NCBI GenBank assembly: GCA_964442785.1
Contig: CAYTZW010000004.1
Span: 1-51,722, forward strand
DNA length: 51,722 bases
Source: an uncultured Erysipelotrichaceae bacterium
GTDB lineage: Bacteria; Bacillota_I; Bacilli_A; RFN20; DUOF01
Reading direction: 5' to 3'
The number at the start of each line of letters is the position of its first letter. Position 1 is the stretch's first letter. Below, one piece after another: positions 19,630-30,958 of the stretch. The notes beneath the pieces are model-generated. The model saw only the letters and a program-made list of their open reading frames with translations. It had not been told where the DNA came from and made no database searches. A program made the translations under genes and the position numbers.

Positions 19630-19646
19630 TATCTCACCTCTTTAAG

Positions 19647-19674
19647 AGTTTTCCCTTAAATTAGTAAAATAAAC
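19647..19674 (-). promoter_or_regulatory. sigma-F-like promoter of spoIIQ
   Basis: GTTTA-N14-GGGAAAACT just upstream of RBS GAGGTG. Confidence 0.55.
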
Positions 19675-19753
19675 AAAAAAAGAGAAAAAACTTTCGTTTT
19701 CTCTCCTTTTATTTAGCAAACTATCATAATTTATTTTCTTTTCAAATACCTTT

Positions 19754-20026
19754 TTATGCCTCAACAGCTTCACTTTCCAGTAACAGAGTCGTATTTTCTT
19801 TCTCCACATAAAGCAAACCATTGCCTACTTTATATGTTACTCTTGTTTTCAACTGTTTATCTTCCACTATTTCCATTACCCCTTCAATAACAGGAGTAAT
19901 ATAAGACATATGTTTTGGTAATATTTCAGTGTAACCTTTTGGGGTATTCACTTTAAGTAAATAAATATCTTTTTGGTAAAGTACTCCAACTGGTGTAACA
20001 ACCTTTAATTTAAAAGTATTCGCCAT
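19754..20026 (-). CDS. atpC: ATP synthase F1 epsilon subunit, N-terminal beta-sandwich only
   Basis: LKVVTPVG...GYTEILPKH motif, last gene of atp operon, ATG 20026 after AGGTG. Confidence 0.85.
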   Translation of the reverse strand: MANTFKLKVVTPVGVLYQKDIYLLKVNTPKGYTEILPKHMSYITPVIEGVMEIVEDKQLKTRVTYKVGNGLLYVEKENTTLLLESEAVEA

Positions 20027-20038
20027 TAGAAACTTCAC

Positions 20039-21469
<1,431 letters not shown>

Positions 21470-21478
21470 TTATCCTCC

Positions 21479-22318
21479 TTATAAAGCATTTGCACCAGCA
21501 ACTACCTCAGTAATTTCTTGAGTAATTGCTCCTTGTCTTGCCTTGTTATATTCAAGTCTTAATTTTTCAGTTAATTCTTCTGCATTATCAGTCGCATTTT
21601 CCATAGCGGTTCTACGACTTGCATATTCACTAACTGATGCTTCAAGTAAAGTATTATAAATAGTATTATTGAAATACAAAGGTAATAATTGTTCTAACAA
21701 CTCTTTCTTATTTGGTTCAAAAATTACAAAATAATCATTAAGTCCATTTTCTTCATTTTCTTTCTTTAATGGTAGTAATTGCTCCACATTTGGAGTGAAA
21801 GTTAATGAATTAATGTATTTAGTATAAATTGTATTTATTGATTGAACCTTTTTTTCTTCATAAGGTTTTAATAACAATTTAGCGATTTCCTTAGCATCTT
21901 CATAAGTATAAGTATTTGTCAAAGGATAATTATATACATTCTTAAAACCTCTAGCTTCTAAAAATCTTTGAGCTTTAGCACCACAGATGACAAGGTAATC
22001 CTTTTCCTTATCAACAGTAGTTAAAATGGTATTTAGAATATTATTGTTATATCCTCCACATAATCCCATATTTGAAGTAATTACTAAATATGCCTTTGCA
22101 TCAACTTCTACTTTACCTTTTTCTTCTTCATCTACTCCAGCTAGGACACTTCTAACACAATACTTAAATGTGTCATTATACTCTCTATTAGCTTCAAATC
22201 TACTTTTAGTTTTTTGTAGTTTAGAAACTGCTGTCAATTCCATTGCTTTTGTAATTTTTTTAGTTGATGAAATTGACTTAATTCTTCTTTTAGTGGATTG
22301 CATTGAAGAAGCTGCCAT
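21479..22318 (-). CDS. atpG: ATP synthase F1 gamma subunit
   Basis: KITKAM, GLCGGYN, RQGAITQEITEVVAGA. Confidence 0.98.
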   Translation of the reverse strand: MAASSMQSTKRRIKSISSTKKITKAMELTAVSKLQKTKSRFEANREYNDTFKYCVRSVLAGVDEEEKGKVEVDAKAYLVITSNMGLCGGYNNNILNTILTTVDKEKDYLVICGAKAQRFLEARGFKNVYNYPLTNTYTYEDAKEIAKLLLKPYEEKKVQSINTIYTKYINSLTFTPNVEQLLPLKKENEENGLNDYFVIFEPNKKELLEQLLPLYFNNTIYNTLLEASVSEYASRRTAMENATDNAEELTEKLRLEYNKARQGAITQEITEVVAGANAL

Positions 22319-22320
22319 AA

Positions 22321-23841
22321 TTATTTTTTCTTACCTAAGAACTTTTCAATGAATTTTGAAATGGTAGCGTTCAAACTTTCATTAAGTTCATCAGATAAAA
22401 CTTTCTCCTTAGCAATCTTCTCTTTTAATTTTTTATTTTCTCCACTATTAAATAAAGCTAATAATTGTTCTTGGAACTCCTTAATTCTATCAAGAGGAAT
22501 TGCATCAATAAGTTTATGTTTTACGGTATATAAAACAATAACTTCTTCCTCGACATCATAAGTAACTCCTTGATTTTGTCTTAAAACAGCCATTACTTTA
22601 GAACCATGGTCTAATACAGCTTTTGTGTCAGCATCTAAGTCAGAACCGAATTGTGAGAAAGATTCAAGTTCCTTAAAGTTTGCTAACTCCGTTCTTAAAC
22701 TTCCTGATACTTGTTTCATTGCTTTAATTTGAGCAGAAGAACCAACTCTTGAAACTGAAAGACCAGAATCAATAGCAGGTCTTTGACCAGAATTAAACAA
22801 TTCTGTATCAAGGAAAATTTGTCCATCTGTGATGGAAATAACATTTGTTGGAATATAAGCTGAAATGTCTCCTGCTTGTGTTTCAACAATAGGAAGTGCT
22901 GTTAAAGAACCTCCACCATTCTCTTTATTAAGTTTGGCAGCTCTCTCTAACAACCTAGAATGTAAATAGAAAACATCTCCTGGATAAGCCTCACGACCTG
23001 GTGGTCTTCTAATTAATAATGATAATGTTCTGTAAGCAACAGCGTGTTTACTTAAATCATCATATACAATTAGAACGTCCTTTCCTTTAGCCATCCAAGC
23101 TTCGCCCATTGTACATCCTGCGTATGGAGCAATATATTGTAAAGGTGCCATTTCAGATGCAGTAGCACAGACAACGGTTGTATATTCCATTGCTCCATTC
23201 TTCCTTAATTTTTCTACCATTTGGGCAACAGTAGAATTTTTTTGACCGATTGCAACATAAATACAATATACACCTTGTCCTTTTTGGTTAATAATTGTAT
23301 CTATTGCAATAGTCGTTTTTCCTGTTTGACGGTCGCCGATAATTAACTCTCTTTGACCACGTCCAATAGGAATCATAGAATCTATTGCTGTAATACCTGT
23401 TTGCAAAGGAGTATTAACACTTTGACGAGTCATAACACCAGGTGCAATTTTTTCGATAGGCATATAACCTTCTGCTTTAATTTCACCTAAGCCATCGATT
23501 GGCATTCCTAAAGCATTAACAACTCTACCCAACAAAGCATCTCCAACAGGTACTTCAACAACCCTATTTGTTCTACGGACTTGATCGCCTTCTTTAAGCA
23601 AAGAACCGTCTCCCATAAGAACGACACTGACGTGTTCTTCTTCAAGTCCTAATACCATTCCAAAAACATTATTTGGAAATTCTAAAAGTTCACCATACAT
23701 AGCTTTATCTAAACCATATACAGTTGCAATACCATCTCCGACAGAAACAATACTTCCTACATCAGAAGAATCCATTTTGTGTTCATATCTTCTAATTTGA
23801 GTTTTAATTAATTCAGATATTTCATCTGGTCTAATTTCCAC
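22321..23841 (-). CDS. atpA: ATP synthase F1 alpha subunit
   Basis: [29 protein letters not shown]. Confidence 0.99.
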   Translation of the reverse strand: MEIRPDEISELIKTQIRRYEHKMDSSDVGSIVSVGDGIATVYGLDKAMYGELLEFPNNVFGMVLGLEEEHVSVVLMGDGSLLKEGDQVRRTNRVVEVPVGDALLGRVVNALGMPIDGLGEIKAEGYMPIEKIAPGVMTRQSVNTPLQTGITAIDSMIPIGRGQRELIIGDRQTGKTTIAIDTIINQKGQGVYCIYVAIGQKNSTVAQMVEKLRKNGAMEYTTVVCATASEMAPLQYIAPYAGCTMGEAWMAKGKDVLIVYDDLSKHAVAYRTLSLLIRRPPGREAYPGDVFYLHSRLLERAAKLNKENGGGSLTALPIVETQAGDISAYIPTNVISITDGQIFLDTELFNSGQRPAIDSGLSVSRVGSSAQIKAMKQVSGSLRTELANFKELESFSQFGSDLDADTKAVLDHGSKVMAVLRQNQGVTYDVEEEVIVLYTVKHKLIDAIPLDRIKEFQEQLLALFNSGENKKLKEKIAKEKVLSDELNESLNATISKFIEKFLGKKK

Positions 23842-24383
23842 TATGCATCACCAACCTTTCTTAGCGTATTCCTTAATTCTGTCAACTTATAAGAAATTGA
23901 ATTATCAAAAATCTTATCATTGACAACTACTTTTATACCAGCAATTAAACTAGTATCTTTAATAACTTTTAAATGAACTTCTTCATTAATTTTCTTTCCA
24001 ATAGCTTCTTCAATTTCTTTTACTTGAACTTTACTTAAATCCATTGGAGTATATAAAATACCTTGTTTAATATTTAGTTTTTCATTTCCTAATGCATCAA
24101 AATCTTTAAGAATTTCTCCAAGATATGCTGCTCTGCCCTTATCAATAATAATTTTCATAAAAGAAAGAATGTATTCACTAATTTTTCCTTTAAAAACATC
24201 ATCTAAAAATGACTTTTTATCATCTTTAGAAACTAATTGATTAGACAAAAAATCTTTTAATTGCTTATTTTCATTCCAAATTTCAATCAAAGACTTAACT
24301 TCATTTCGATATTCAGCAAATTTATTTTCTTCTTCTGCCAATTCATAAAGGGCAATAGAATATCTTCTTGCAAGTTTACTCAT
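23841..24383 (-). CDS. atpH: ATP synthase F1 delta subunit
   Basis: ARRYSIAL N-terminus, DTSLIAGI...DNS C-terminus; operon position. Confidence 0.95.
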   Translation of the reverse strand: MSKLARRYSIALYELAEEENKFAEYRNEVKSLIEIWNENKQLKDFLSNQLVSKDDKKSFLDDVFKGKISEYILSFMKIIIDKGRAAYLGEILKDFDALGNEKLNIKQGILYTPMDLSKVQVKEIEEAIGKKINEEVHLKVIKDTSLIAGIKVVVNDKIFDNSISYKLTELRNTLRKVGDA

Positions 24384-24915
24384 TTGTAATGTCCTTTACA
24401 AAATCACGAAGAAATTTATCATTATCTTTGCTATCAATTTCCCTTTCAACTACTTTACCAGCAGCTAACATCGCAACATCGATAATTTCCTTCCTAATAT
24501 CTTCTAAGGATTCACGTTTAGCACTTTCTATTTCCATATTAGCTTGTTCAACACGTTCCTTAGCAGTTTTATTTGCTGATTCTATAATCTTGTCAGCCTC
24601 TATTTGAGCTTCTTTTTTTGCATTTTCAATTATTGCAACAGCTTCATCTTCACTACTGTCAATCTTTTCTTGAGCAGTTTGCAATAATTCGCCTGCTTCA
24701 GAATTTTTCTTTTCAGCTTCTTCTAAATTATTTTTTACATAATTTTTTCTAGCATCTATATATTTCTTAGCAGGTTTCCATAAAAACTTTGCTAGTAGAA
24801 AGACCACAACTAAGGTTGCTAAAAGTTGAGTTAATACATCTTGAATAGAAGGAAAAATACGATTTCCAACATCTAATTTTTTGATTGCATCACTTATTGA
24901 AAGAAAATTCATCAC
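24376..24915 (-). CDS. atpF: ATP synthase Fo subunit b
   Basis: TM helix, WKP...DARK, long coiled coil; operon position. Confidence 0.94.
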   Translation of the reverse strand: MMNFLSISDAIKKLDVGNRIFPSIQDVLTQLLATLVVVFLLAKFLWKPAKKYIDARKNYVKNNLEEAEKKNSEAGELLQTAQEKIDSSEDEAVAIIENAKKEAQIEADKIIESANKTAKERVEQANMEIESAKRESLEDIRKEIIDVAMLAAGKVVEREIDSKDNDKFLRDFVKDITNE

Positions 24916-24947
24916 TTAACCAACCTCCCTTTCTATTAACAAAATCA

Positions 24948-25172
24948 TTAAAGTACAAACAATATTAAAATTGCAACAACTAATCCATAAATACCAGTTG
25001 TTTCGGTTAAAGCAATACCCATAATCATAGTAGATCTAATTGAACCTTCCATTTCAGGGTTTCTTGCCATAGATTCAATCGCTTGTGCAGCAACTCTAGC
25101 TTCTCCTAAACCTTGAGAAAATCCTGTAAATACAGCAAGTGCTGCTCCGATTGCCATCAATCCTTTTTCCAT
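24948..25172 (-). CDS. atpE: ATP synthase Fo subunit c, Na+-type signature
   Basis: Helical hairpin with RNPE loop and E57-T-T-G-I-Y62; E24 on helix 1. Confidence 0.96.
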   Translation of the reverse strand: MEKGLMAIGAALAVFTGFSQGLGEARVAAQAIESMARNPEMEGSIRSTMIMGIALTETTGIYGLVVAILILFVL

Positions 25173-25213
25173 ATTTTTTTAACCTCCTTAATATGATTTT
25201 TGTATTTTTTCTT

Positions 25214-26128
25214 CTAACCTTCGACTACTTCATCTGAAATGAAGATAGAAGATAAGAAAGTAAATACCAAAGTTTGAATATATGTACCGAATAAATCAAA
25301 GTACAAATGTAGGAATGGAGCCACAAAGACACCAACAAAATTAAATTCAAGTCCAAATGCAGAATATAGAATAGTAATTGCAAAGACTACTATCATAATC
25401 CACATAAATGGAGTAATTTTAAATTTTTTATTTTTTACAATTTGTCTGACAATTAATAAAATAATGGTAAGACCTAAAACGATAGATAAACCTAAAGTTC
25501 CTAATCCGACAACTTTACTAGAAATAATATAAGTTGCAGAGTAAATCATTGTCATAATAATAGTTCCTGCCAAAGCGTTTCCAAATAACCTAAAAGATAA
25601 AGAAACAATAGGAACAACAACTGTTGCCACATTAATTGGAGTAAATAAGCAGTTCAAAGCAATATTGAAAGCACTATCATTATCTACTGAGAAATATCTT
25701 TGATAATATCTTCCTTTACGATATTTAATTGCAGTAACGTGGATAAAAATAAAAGTTCCAATCGCTAAGCATAAATTAGATACCCAAGCAGAAGCAGGAG
25801 CCTCTAAACCTAACAATCCTAACAAGAAAGATGCAGGAAGATATAAGAAGACAAACATAAAATAAGGTGTCAAATATCTAAAATCAGGTCCCATTCTTTC
25901 TAAAACAAAATTATCAACTTTTTCTGCAAACCAATGTCCTATAAATAGCATCTTGGATTGCTCTCTTTCCATTGGGTCAGCCTTTTTAATAAAATGACCA
26001 ACGACAATAGCAAAAATAGCAATTACTACACATATTATCAAAGTTGATTTAGCACCCGAAGACAAAGGATACTTGTTATAAAAATTCACTATTGATTTCC
26101 AAAAACTACTTAGCATAATCATTTTCAT
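25214..26128 (-). CDS. atpB: ATP synthase Fo subunit a
   Basis: SLSFRLFGN essential Arg motif and HLYFDLF..YIQ.LVF; operon position. Confidence 0.93.
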   Translation of the reverse strand: MKMIMLSSFWKSIVNFYNKYPLSSGAKSTLIICVVIAIFAIVVGHFIKKADPMEREQSKMLFIGHWFAEKVDNFVLERMGPDFRYLTPYFMFVFLYLPASFLLGLLGLEAPASAWVSNLCLAIGTFIFIHVTAIKYRKGRYYQRYFSVDNDSAFNIALNCLFTPINVATVVVPIVSLSFRLFGNALAGTIIMTMIYSATYIISSKVVGLGTLGLSIVLGLTIILLIVRQIVKNKKFKITPFMWIMIVVFAITILYSAFGLEFNFVGVFVAPFLHLYFDLFGTYIQTLVFTFLSSIFISDEVVEG

Positions 26129-26483
26129 TTACACTTCCTTTTTTTGTTTTAAAACCTTCACAAAGAACAATAGATACTTTATTGACTAAATACCCACATA
26201 AAGCACAAATAACATTCATAATTTTAGGATAAATAGCACAACAAGCAAAAGTAATTGCTAACATAATATACCTAATTCTTTTACAAGTAGAGTAACGGCT
26301 AGATTTAATAACGAAAGGTTGATTTAAACTAAATCTAATAAGTAAAAAATCAACAATTCCAACTACCCCACCAACTAACCAACCTAGAATAAATTGGAAA
26401 TGAGGATAGCTAAATACAAAAATAAATAGACCTATAACTATTAATAAAATAATATTTACAATATCTATTTTCTTAAATCCCAT
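26106..26483 (-). CDS. atpI: ATP synthase protein I-like membrane protein
   Basis: Four TM helices, RY motif, directly upstream of atpB. Confidence 0.7.
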   Translation of the reverse strand: MGFKKIDIVNIILLIVIGLFIFVFSYPHFQFILGWLVGGVVGIVDFLLIRFSLNQPFVIKSSRYSTCKRIRYIMLAITFACCAIYPKIMNVICALCGYLVNKVSIVLCEGFKTKKGSVNENDYAK

Positions 26484-26683
26484 CTAGTTTTCACCCCAAA
26501 TCTATACAAAATTCCAAAGGCACAGCCAATGGCAAGAATAGTAAACGTAATCGTTCCAAATGGAGAAATATTCATTTTTTTGTCTATATAAACTCCTAAT
26601 AAAATAGGAAAGACAAGAGAAATGACTACTTCTAATCCTAATTCCAAAGCATAAGCAATACTTCTTCTATCAGAACCATTCAT
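26465..26683 (-). CDS. AtpZ/AtpQ-family small membrane protein
   Basis: LGVYIDKK...PFG motif, two TM helices, first gene of atp operon. Confidence 0.78.
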   Translation of the reverse strand: MNGSDRRSIAYALELGLEVVISLVFPILLGVYIDKKMNISPFGTITFTILAIGCAFGILYRFGVKTRWDLRK

Positions 26684-26753
26684 TTAACCACTCCTACTTG
26701 CCTATTATTTTAGCATTAAATAAACAATATATCTATTTAATTTTTTATTAAAA

Positions 26754-27149
26754 TTACTGAAAATACTTAGAAAAGAAAAATTGAACTCTTACAGGAGTGG
26801 TATCACAGCTGTTTTTTCTTAAATCTCCTGATACTCTTTTACCTTTTCCTTCTCCAATATAAACAACGATTTTTTCATTTTCATACTTTGCAATACAATT
26901 ATCACAAACATTAAAACTACTCAAATTATCAATAATAACTTCTTTATGATAAGAACTATCAACATTAAACGCTAATAGTTCATATTTATTAATCAAACTT
27001 TCTTTTACTTTATAAATTTGCAAAATATCAGAAGTTGAATTAGATGAAGCAACAACTTCATATTTGTAGGAAAAATCATTAGAAGATTGATTAGAAATAC
27101 CTACTACACTAAAAAAAGTAACAACAAACAAAGATAAAAACTTTTTCAT
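26754..27149 (-). CDS. spoIIR: Shortened stage II sporulation protein R-like secreted protein
   Basis: Signal peptide, VVASSNS..D...YKVKE and IGEGKG motifs, prfA-prmC-spoIIR synteny, sigma-F-like promoter. Confidence 0.68.
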   Translation of the reverse strand: MKKFLSLFVVTFFSVVGISNQSSNDFSYKYEVVASSNSTSDILQIYKVKESLINKYELLAFNVDSSYHKEVIIDNLSSFNVCDNCIAKYENEKIVVYIGEGKGKRVSGDLRKNSCDTTPVRVQFFFSKYFQ

Positions 27150-27167
27150 TTTTTTCACCCTTGTTAA

Positions 27168-27195
27168 ATTGTTACCTTCTATTTATTTTTTATGC
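27168..27195 (-). promoter_or_regulatory. sigma-F-like promoter of spoIIR
   Basis: GCATA-N14-GGTAACAAT. Confidence 0.6.
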
Positions 27196-28014
27196 AAATT
27201 TTATAACAACCATTCTGTCATTGCCGTCTAAATCTTCAAAGAAAGAACATTTCACTTTATTTCCTAGAATATCCACAATTAATTTAGCCATTTTTTCTTT
27301 TTGGTCATATCCTATTTCAAAAACGATAACACCTTTAGGATTTAAAACTTGCAAACAATTTTCTAAGATGTTTCGATAAAATTTCAAGCCGTCTTCTCCT
27401 GCAAACAAAGCCAAAGAAGGCTCATATTTAACTCTTTTATCTAAAGGATAATTTTCATTTATATAAGGTGGATTAGAAATAATCATATCAACCTTTATTT
27501 GTCTATCAATAAGAGGTTTTAATAAATCTCCTTGTAATAATTCAACATCTAAATCAAGTCTTTCTTTATTAATAGAAGCAACTTCTAAAGCTTTTTCACT
27601 AATATCGGTGGCAATAACTCTTTTATTAGGATAGGTTTTCTTGACTGTTAAACCAATAACCCCACTTCCACAACCAATATCAGCAATAGTATTAATGTTA
27701 TCATCAATATTTTCAAAAGCTTTTAATAATACTTCTTCTGTAGCAAAACGTGGTATTAAAACTCTTTCATCAACATAAAACAATTCATCTAAAAAATAAC
27801 TTTCTTTCGTTATATATTGAACAGGTCTTCCTTTTAAATACTCGCTACAATAATTTTTGATAATGCTAGCATCAATTTCATTGATTTCACTATCTAAACA
27901 TAAAGCAAAGTCTTTTTTTAAAACGTAGGAAAAAAGAATTTTGATAGCACTTAATTCATCATCATTATCATTGATTACCTTTTTAATGTTTAAAAATAAA
28001 TCTCTACCTAGCAT
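27190..28014 (-). CDS. prmC: Release factor glutamine methyltransferase
   Basis: VLIPRFATE, DIGCGSG, SNPPY; follows prfA. Confidence 0.96.
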   Translation of the reverse strand: MLGRDLFLNIKKVINDNDDELSAIKILFSYVLKKDFALCLDSEINEIDASIIKNYCSEYLKGRPVQYITKESYFLDELFYVDERVLIPRFATEEVLLKAFENIDDNINTIADIGCGSGVIGLTVKKTYPNKRVIATDISEKALEVASINKERLDLDVELLQGDLLKPLIDRQIKVDMIISNPPYINENYPLDKRVKYEPSLALFAGEDGLKFYRNILENCLQVLNPKGVIVFEIGYDQKEKMAKLIVDILGNKVKCSFFEDLDGNDRMVVIKFA

Positions 28015-29090
28015 TATAAACCAGACCCTTCTAATTTTAATTTTTGGTCTTCATTAATAAGGCTATCAATAATAGGATCTAAATCTCCGTCCATTACATA
28101 TTCCAAAGACTGTAAAGTTAACCCAATTCTATGGTCAGTAACCCTGTTTTGAGGATAGTTGTAAGTTCTGATTTTTTCGGCTCTATCTCCAGTACCAATT
28201 TTACTTCTTCTTTCATCGCCTCTAGCTTTTTCGTTATCACTTAAAATCTTGTCATAGATTTTAGTTTTCAAAACTAGCATTGCTTGAGCTTTGTTCTCAA
28301 TTTGACTTCTTCCGTCTTGACAAGTAACTACAATTCCGGTTGGAAAGTGAGTTATTCTTACCGCTGAATCGGTTTTATTGATATGTTGTCCTCCAGCACC
28401 ACTAGACCTATAAGTATCAATTCTTATATCTGCCTCTTTAATTTCAACATCAACTTCATCTGCTTCAGGCATAACAATAACGGTTGCCGTAGAGGTTTGT
28501 ATTCTTCCTTGTGATTCTGTCTTAGGTACTCTTTGAACTCGATGAGCCCCAGATTCATATTTCATTTTTGAATAAACCATATCTCCTTTTAAAGAGAAAG
28601 AAATTAACGCAAAACCTCCTCTTTCTGAAGGATAAGATTCTAATATTTCTAATTTCCAACCATTTTTTTCAGCATAATAAGTGTACATTCTAAATAAATC
28701 ACCTGCAAAAATATTAGCCTCATCGCCACCAGCGGCTCCCCTTATTTCAACAATAACGTTCTTACTATCATTAGGATCAGAAGGTAATAAAAGAATTTTT
28801 AATTTTTCTTCCAATTCTTCTTTTTTTGCTTCAGAAGTAGCTAATATTTCTAAAGCCATATTTACGATATCAACATCAGGTTCTTCTTTTAATATTTCGG
28901 CTTCTTCTTCTTGTTTTAAAACATTTTTATATTCTTGATATACTTCAACAGTTCCTTTTAAACTAGCCGCTTCCTTAGCAATTTCGGTATATTTTTTGAT
29001 ATCAGAAAACAAAGAAGGGTCTAACATCTTCTCATTTAACTCATTATAACGATGTTCGATAGCGTCTAATCTGTCAAACATTTTATCCAT
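28014..29090 (-). CDS. prfA: Peptide chain release factor 1
   Basis: PKT and GGQ motifs; ATG 29090 after AAGGAG preferred to track start 29165. Confidence 0.97.
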   Translation of the reverse strand: MDKMFDRLDAIEHRYNELNEKMLDPSLFSDIKKYTEIAKEAASLKGTVEVYQEYKNVLKQEEEAEILKEEPDVDIVNMALEILATSEAKKEELEEKLKILLLPSDPNDSKNVIVEIRGAAGGDEANIFAGDLFRMYTYYAEKNGWKLEILESYPSERGGFALISFSLKGDMVYSKMKYESGAHRVQRVPKTESQGRIQTSTATVIVMPEADEVDVEIKEADIRIDTYRSSGAGGQHINKTDSAVRITHFPTGIVVTCQDGRSQIENKAQAMLVLKTKIYDKILSDNEKARGDERRSKIGTGDRAEKIRTYNYPQNRVTDHRIGLTLQSLEYVMDGDLDPIIDSLINEDQKLKLEGSGL

Positions 29091-29091
29091 T

Positions 29092-29655
29092 TTAATCTCT
29101 CCTTTTACTATGGCATCGACGACACCTAGCAGTATATTTATCTTGTGCAGCAACATCAACGACATCAGTATTTGATAAATCTATTTTTTCACTTCTTGTC
29201 GCAGGAGCTCCACATTTAGTACATACAGCAGTTAACTTAGTTACAAACTCAGCACAAGCCAACAAATATGGCATTGGTCCAAAAGGCTTTCCTTTATAAT
29301 CCATATCAAGACCTGCAACAATAACTCTTATTCCTTTATCAGCTAAATCATTACAAACATCAACAATTCCTTCATCAAAAAACTGAACTTCATCAATCGC
29401 CACAGCATCAATATCTTTATTAATATATTTACAAATTTCGCTAGAAGAAGAAATACTATAACATTTTGTTTTATTACCATTATGAGTAACAACTTCATCT
29501 TCACTATAACGATTATCTATTGAAGGTTTAAAAATAAGAACATTTTGTTTTGCAAAAAGCAAAGTATTTATTCTCCTAATTAATTCTTCTGATTTACCTG
29601 CAAACATACTTCCACAAATAACTTCAATCCAACCTTTATTATATAAATGGTACAT
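29092..29655 (-). CDS. tdk: Thymidine kinase
   Basis: GSMFAGKS, DEVQF, zinc CxxC motifs; ATG 29655 after GGAGGGG. Confidence 0.97.
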   Translation of the reverse strand: MYHLYNKGWIEVICGSMFAGKSEELIRRINTLLFAKQNVLIFKPSIDNRYSEDEVVTHNGNKTKCYSISSSSEICKYINKDIDAVAIDEVQFFDEGIVDVCNDLADKGIRVIVAGLDMDYKGKPFGPMPYLLACAEFVTKLTAVCTKCGAPATRSEKIDLSNTDVVDVAAQDKYTARCRRCHSKRRD

Positions 29656-29735
29656 TAATTTCCCCTCCAACACCAAAAATTATAACATTTTTTAATATTG
29701 TTTACTAGAAATAAAAAAAGACCTTGTGGTCTATT

Positions 29736-29948
29736 TTATTTGCTAGATGTTTTATTCCATTTTTTCAAGAATTTATCTACTCTACCATCAGCAGAGTGAT
29801 GTCTATTCTTTCCTGTAAAAAATGGATGGCAATTAGAACAGGAATCAACACGAATTTCTGTAGCAGTTGAACCAGTTTCGAATTCAGCTCCACAAGTTAC
29901 ACATTTAACAGTAACTTTATGATATGCTGGGTGAATATCTTTTTTCAT
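29736..29948 (-). CDS. rpmE: 50S ribosomal protein L31, zinc-binding type
   Basis: [27 protein letters not shown]. Confidence 0.98.
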   Translation of the reverse strand: MKKDIHPAYHKVTVKCVTCGAEFETGSTATEIRVDSCSNCHPFFTGKNRHHSADGRVDKFLKKWNKTSSK

Positions 29949-29954
29949 TGCAAT

Positions 29955-29995
29955 CTCTCCTTCCGCCTTGAACTATTCTTTCCGTTCAAAGTAAG
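29955..29995 (-). promoter_or_regulatory. Probable L31 ribosomal-protein leader RNA
   Basis: Hairpin CTTTGAAC-10nt-GTTCAAGG directly followed by CGGAAGGAG (RBS). Confidence 0.55.
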
Positions 29996-30212
29996 TTCTT
30001 GAATATGTTAACACATTAATAATTTTCTTTCAATAAAATATTTTTAGTTTCACTCATTTGTTTAAAACTTCTTAATTCTTTTATTTATTTAAACAATATT
30101 TACTTTTAATTAAATATCATATACTAATCAATAATCTTTTCCACAAATAAAGGTTTTATCATTTCTTAAAAATATGTTTTATTTTAAAATACCACCAAAG
30201 AGGTGACTATTA

Positions 30213-30956
30213 ATGTCTGAAACATTAAAAAAACAATACGAAAGATTAAAAAAATTACAAAAGGTTGAGAATATTCGTGAACAACTTATTTCCAATAAAA
30301 TTGACAATTCTGTTCTTGAAGATTTTTCAGGAAAACACGGTTCTCAACAAGTTAATACTTGGTATATTGAGAAATTAAATGAAGAATTACACGAAGAAAG
30401 GGAAGCCTTTGATATTTCTTTATATGACTATGTTCATTTATACAAAAAAAGGTTAAATGAATATACTGTATATAATTGGGAAGTTTCTGTTGAAGAAGAT
30501 AAAGACCAAAATATCGGCTACATTTACCATTTATACCTATCAGAAATAGAAATAAGCGGTACTGTCATTAACACATTAGAACTTCTTAATACCAAAAAAT
30601 ATGCTATGCAAGTTGTCAATGGAAATTTTACAATAGATACTATCAAAAACTTTGATATATACGACCAATCAAAATTTAGACTTGCCGATTTCAGCAAAAA
30701 CAATGTTGAATTTAATGAACCACATCTTCTTAAAGATGATGAAAATTTAAAGAAAGCCTTAAAAAAAATAGATGATGAAATATGGGATATGATAGAACAA
30801 AATAGGCTTAATCTTATCGAAGAAAAAATAAAAGGAAAACAAAACAGAAAAGCAATGTTAAAAGAAGAAGTTTTAAAATTAGATTATGAAATTTCAAGTA
30901 TGAAAAAACACTATGAAGAAGTAGCAAATAATATAAAAAAGGGAAAAAAATATTAA
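30213..30956 (+). CDS. Hypothetical protein with coiled-coil termini
   Basis: 247-aa ORF, RBS GAGGTG, no family recognised. Confidence 0.8.
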   Translation: MSETLKKQYERLKKLQKVENIREQLISNKIDNSVLEDFSGKHGSQQVNTWYIEKLNEELHEEREAFDISLYDYVHLYKKRLNEYTVYNWEVSVEEDKDQNIGYIYHLYLSEIEISGTVINTLELLNTKKYAMQVVNGNFTIDTIKNFDIYDQSKFRLADFSKNNVEFNEPHLLKDDENLKKALKKIDDEIWDMIEQNRLNLIEEKIKGKQNRKAMLKEEVLKLDYEISSMKKHYEEVANNIKKGKKY

Positions 30957-30958
30957 TT

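Noticed and set aside
29091-29165. N-terminal extension of prfA in the ORF track
   Set aside because: Overlaps tdk; an RBS supports ATG 29090.
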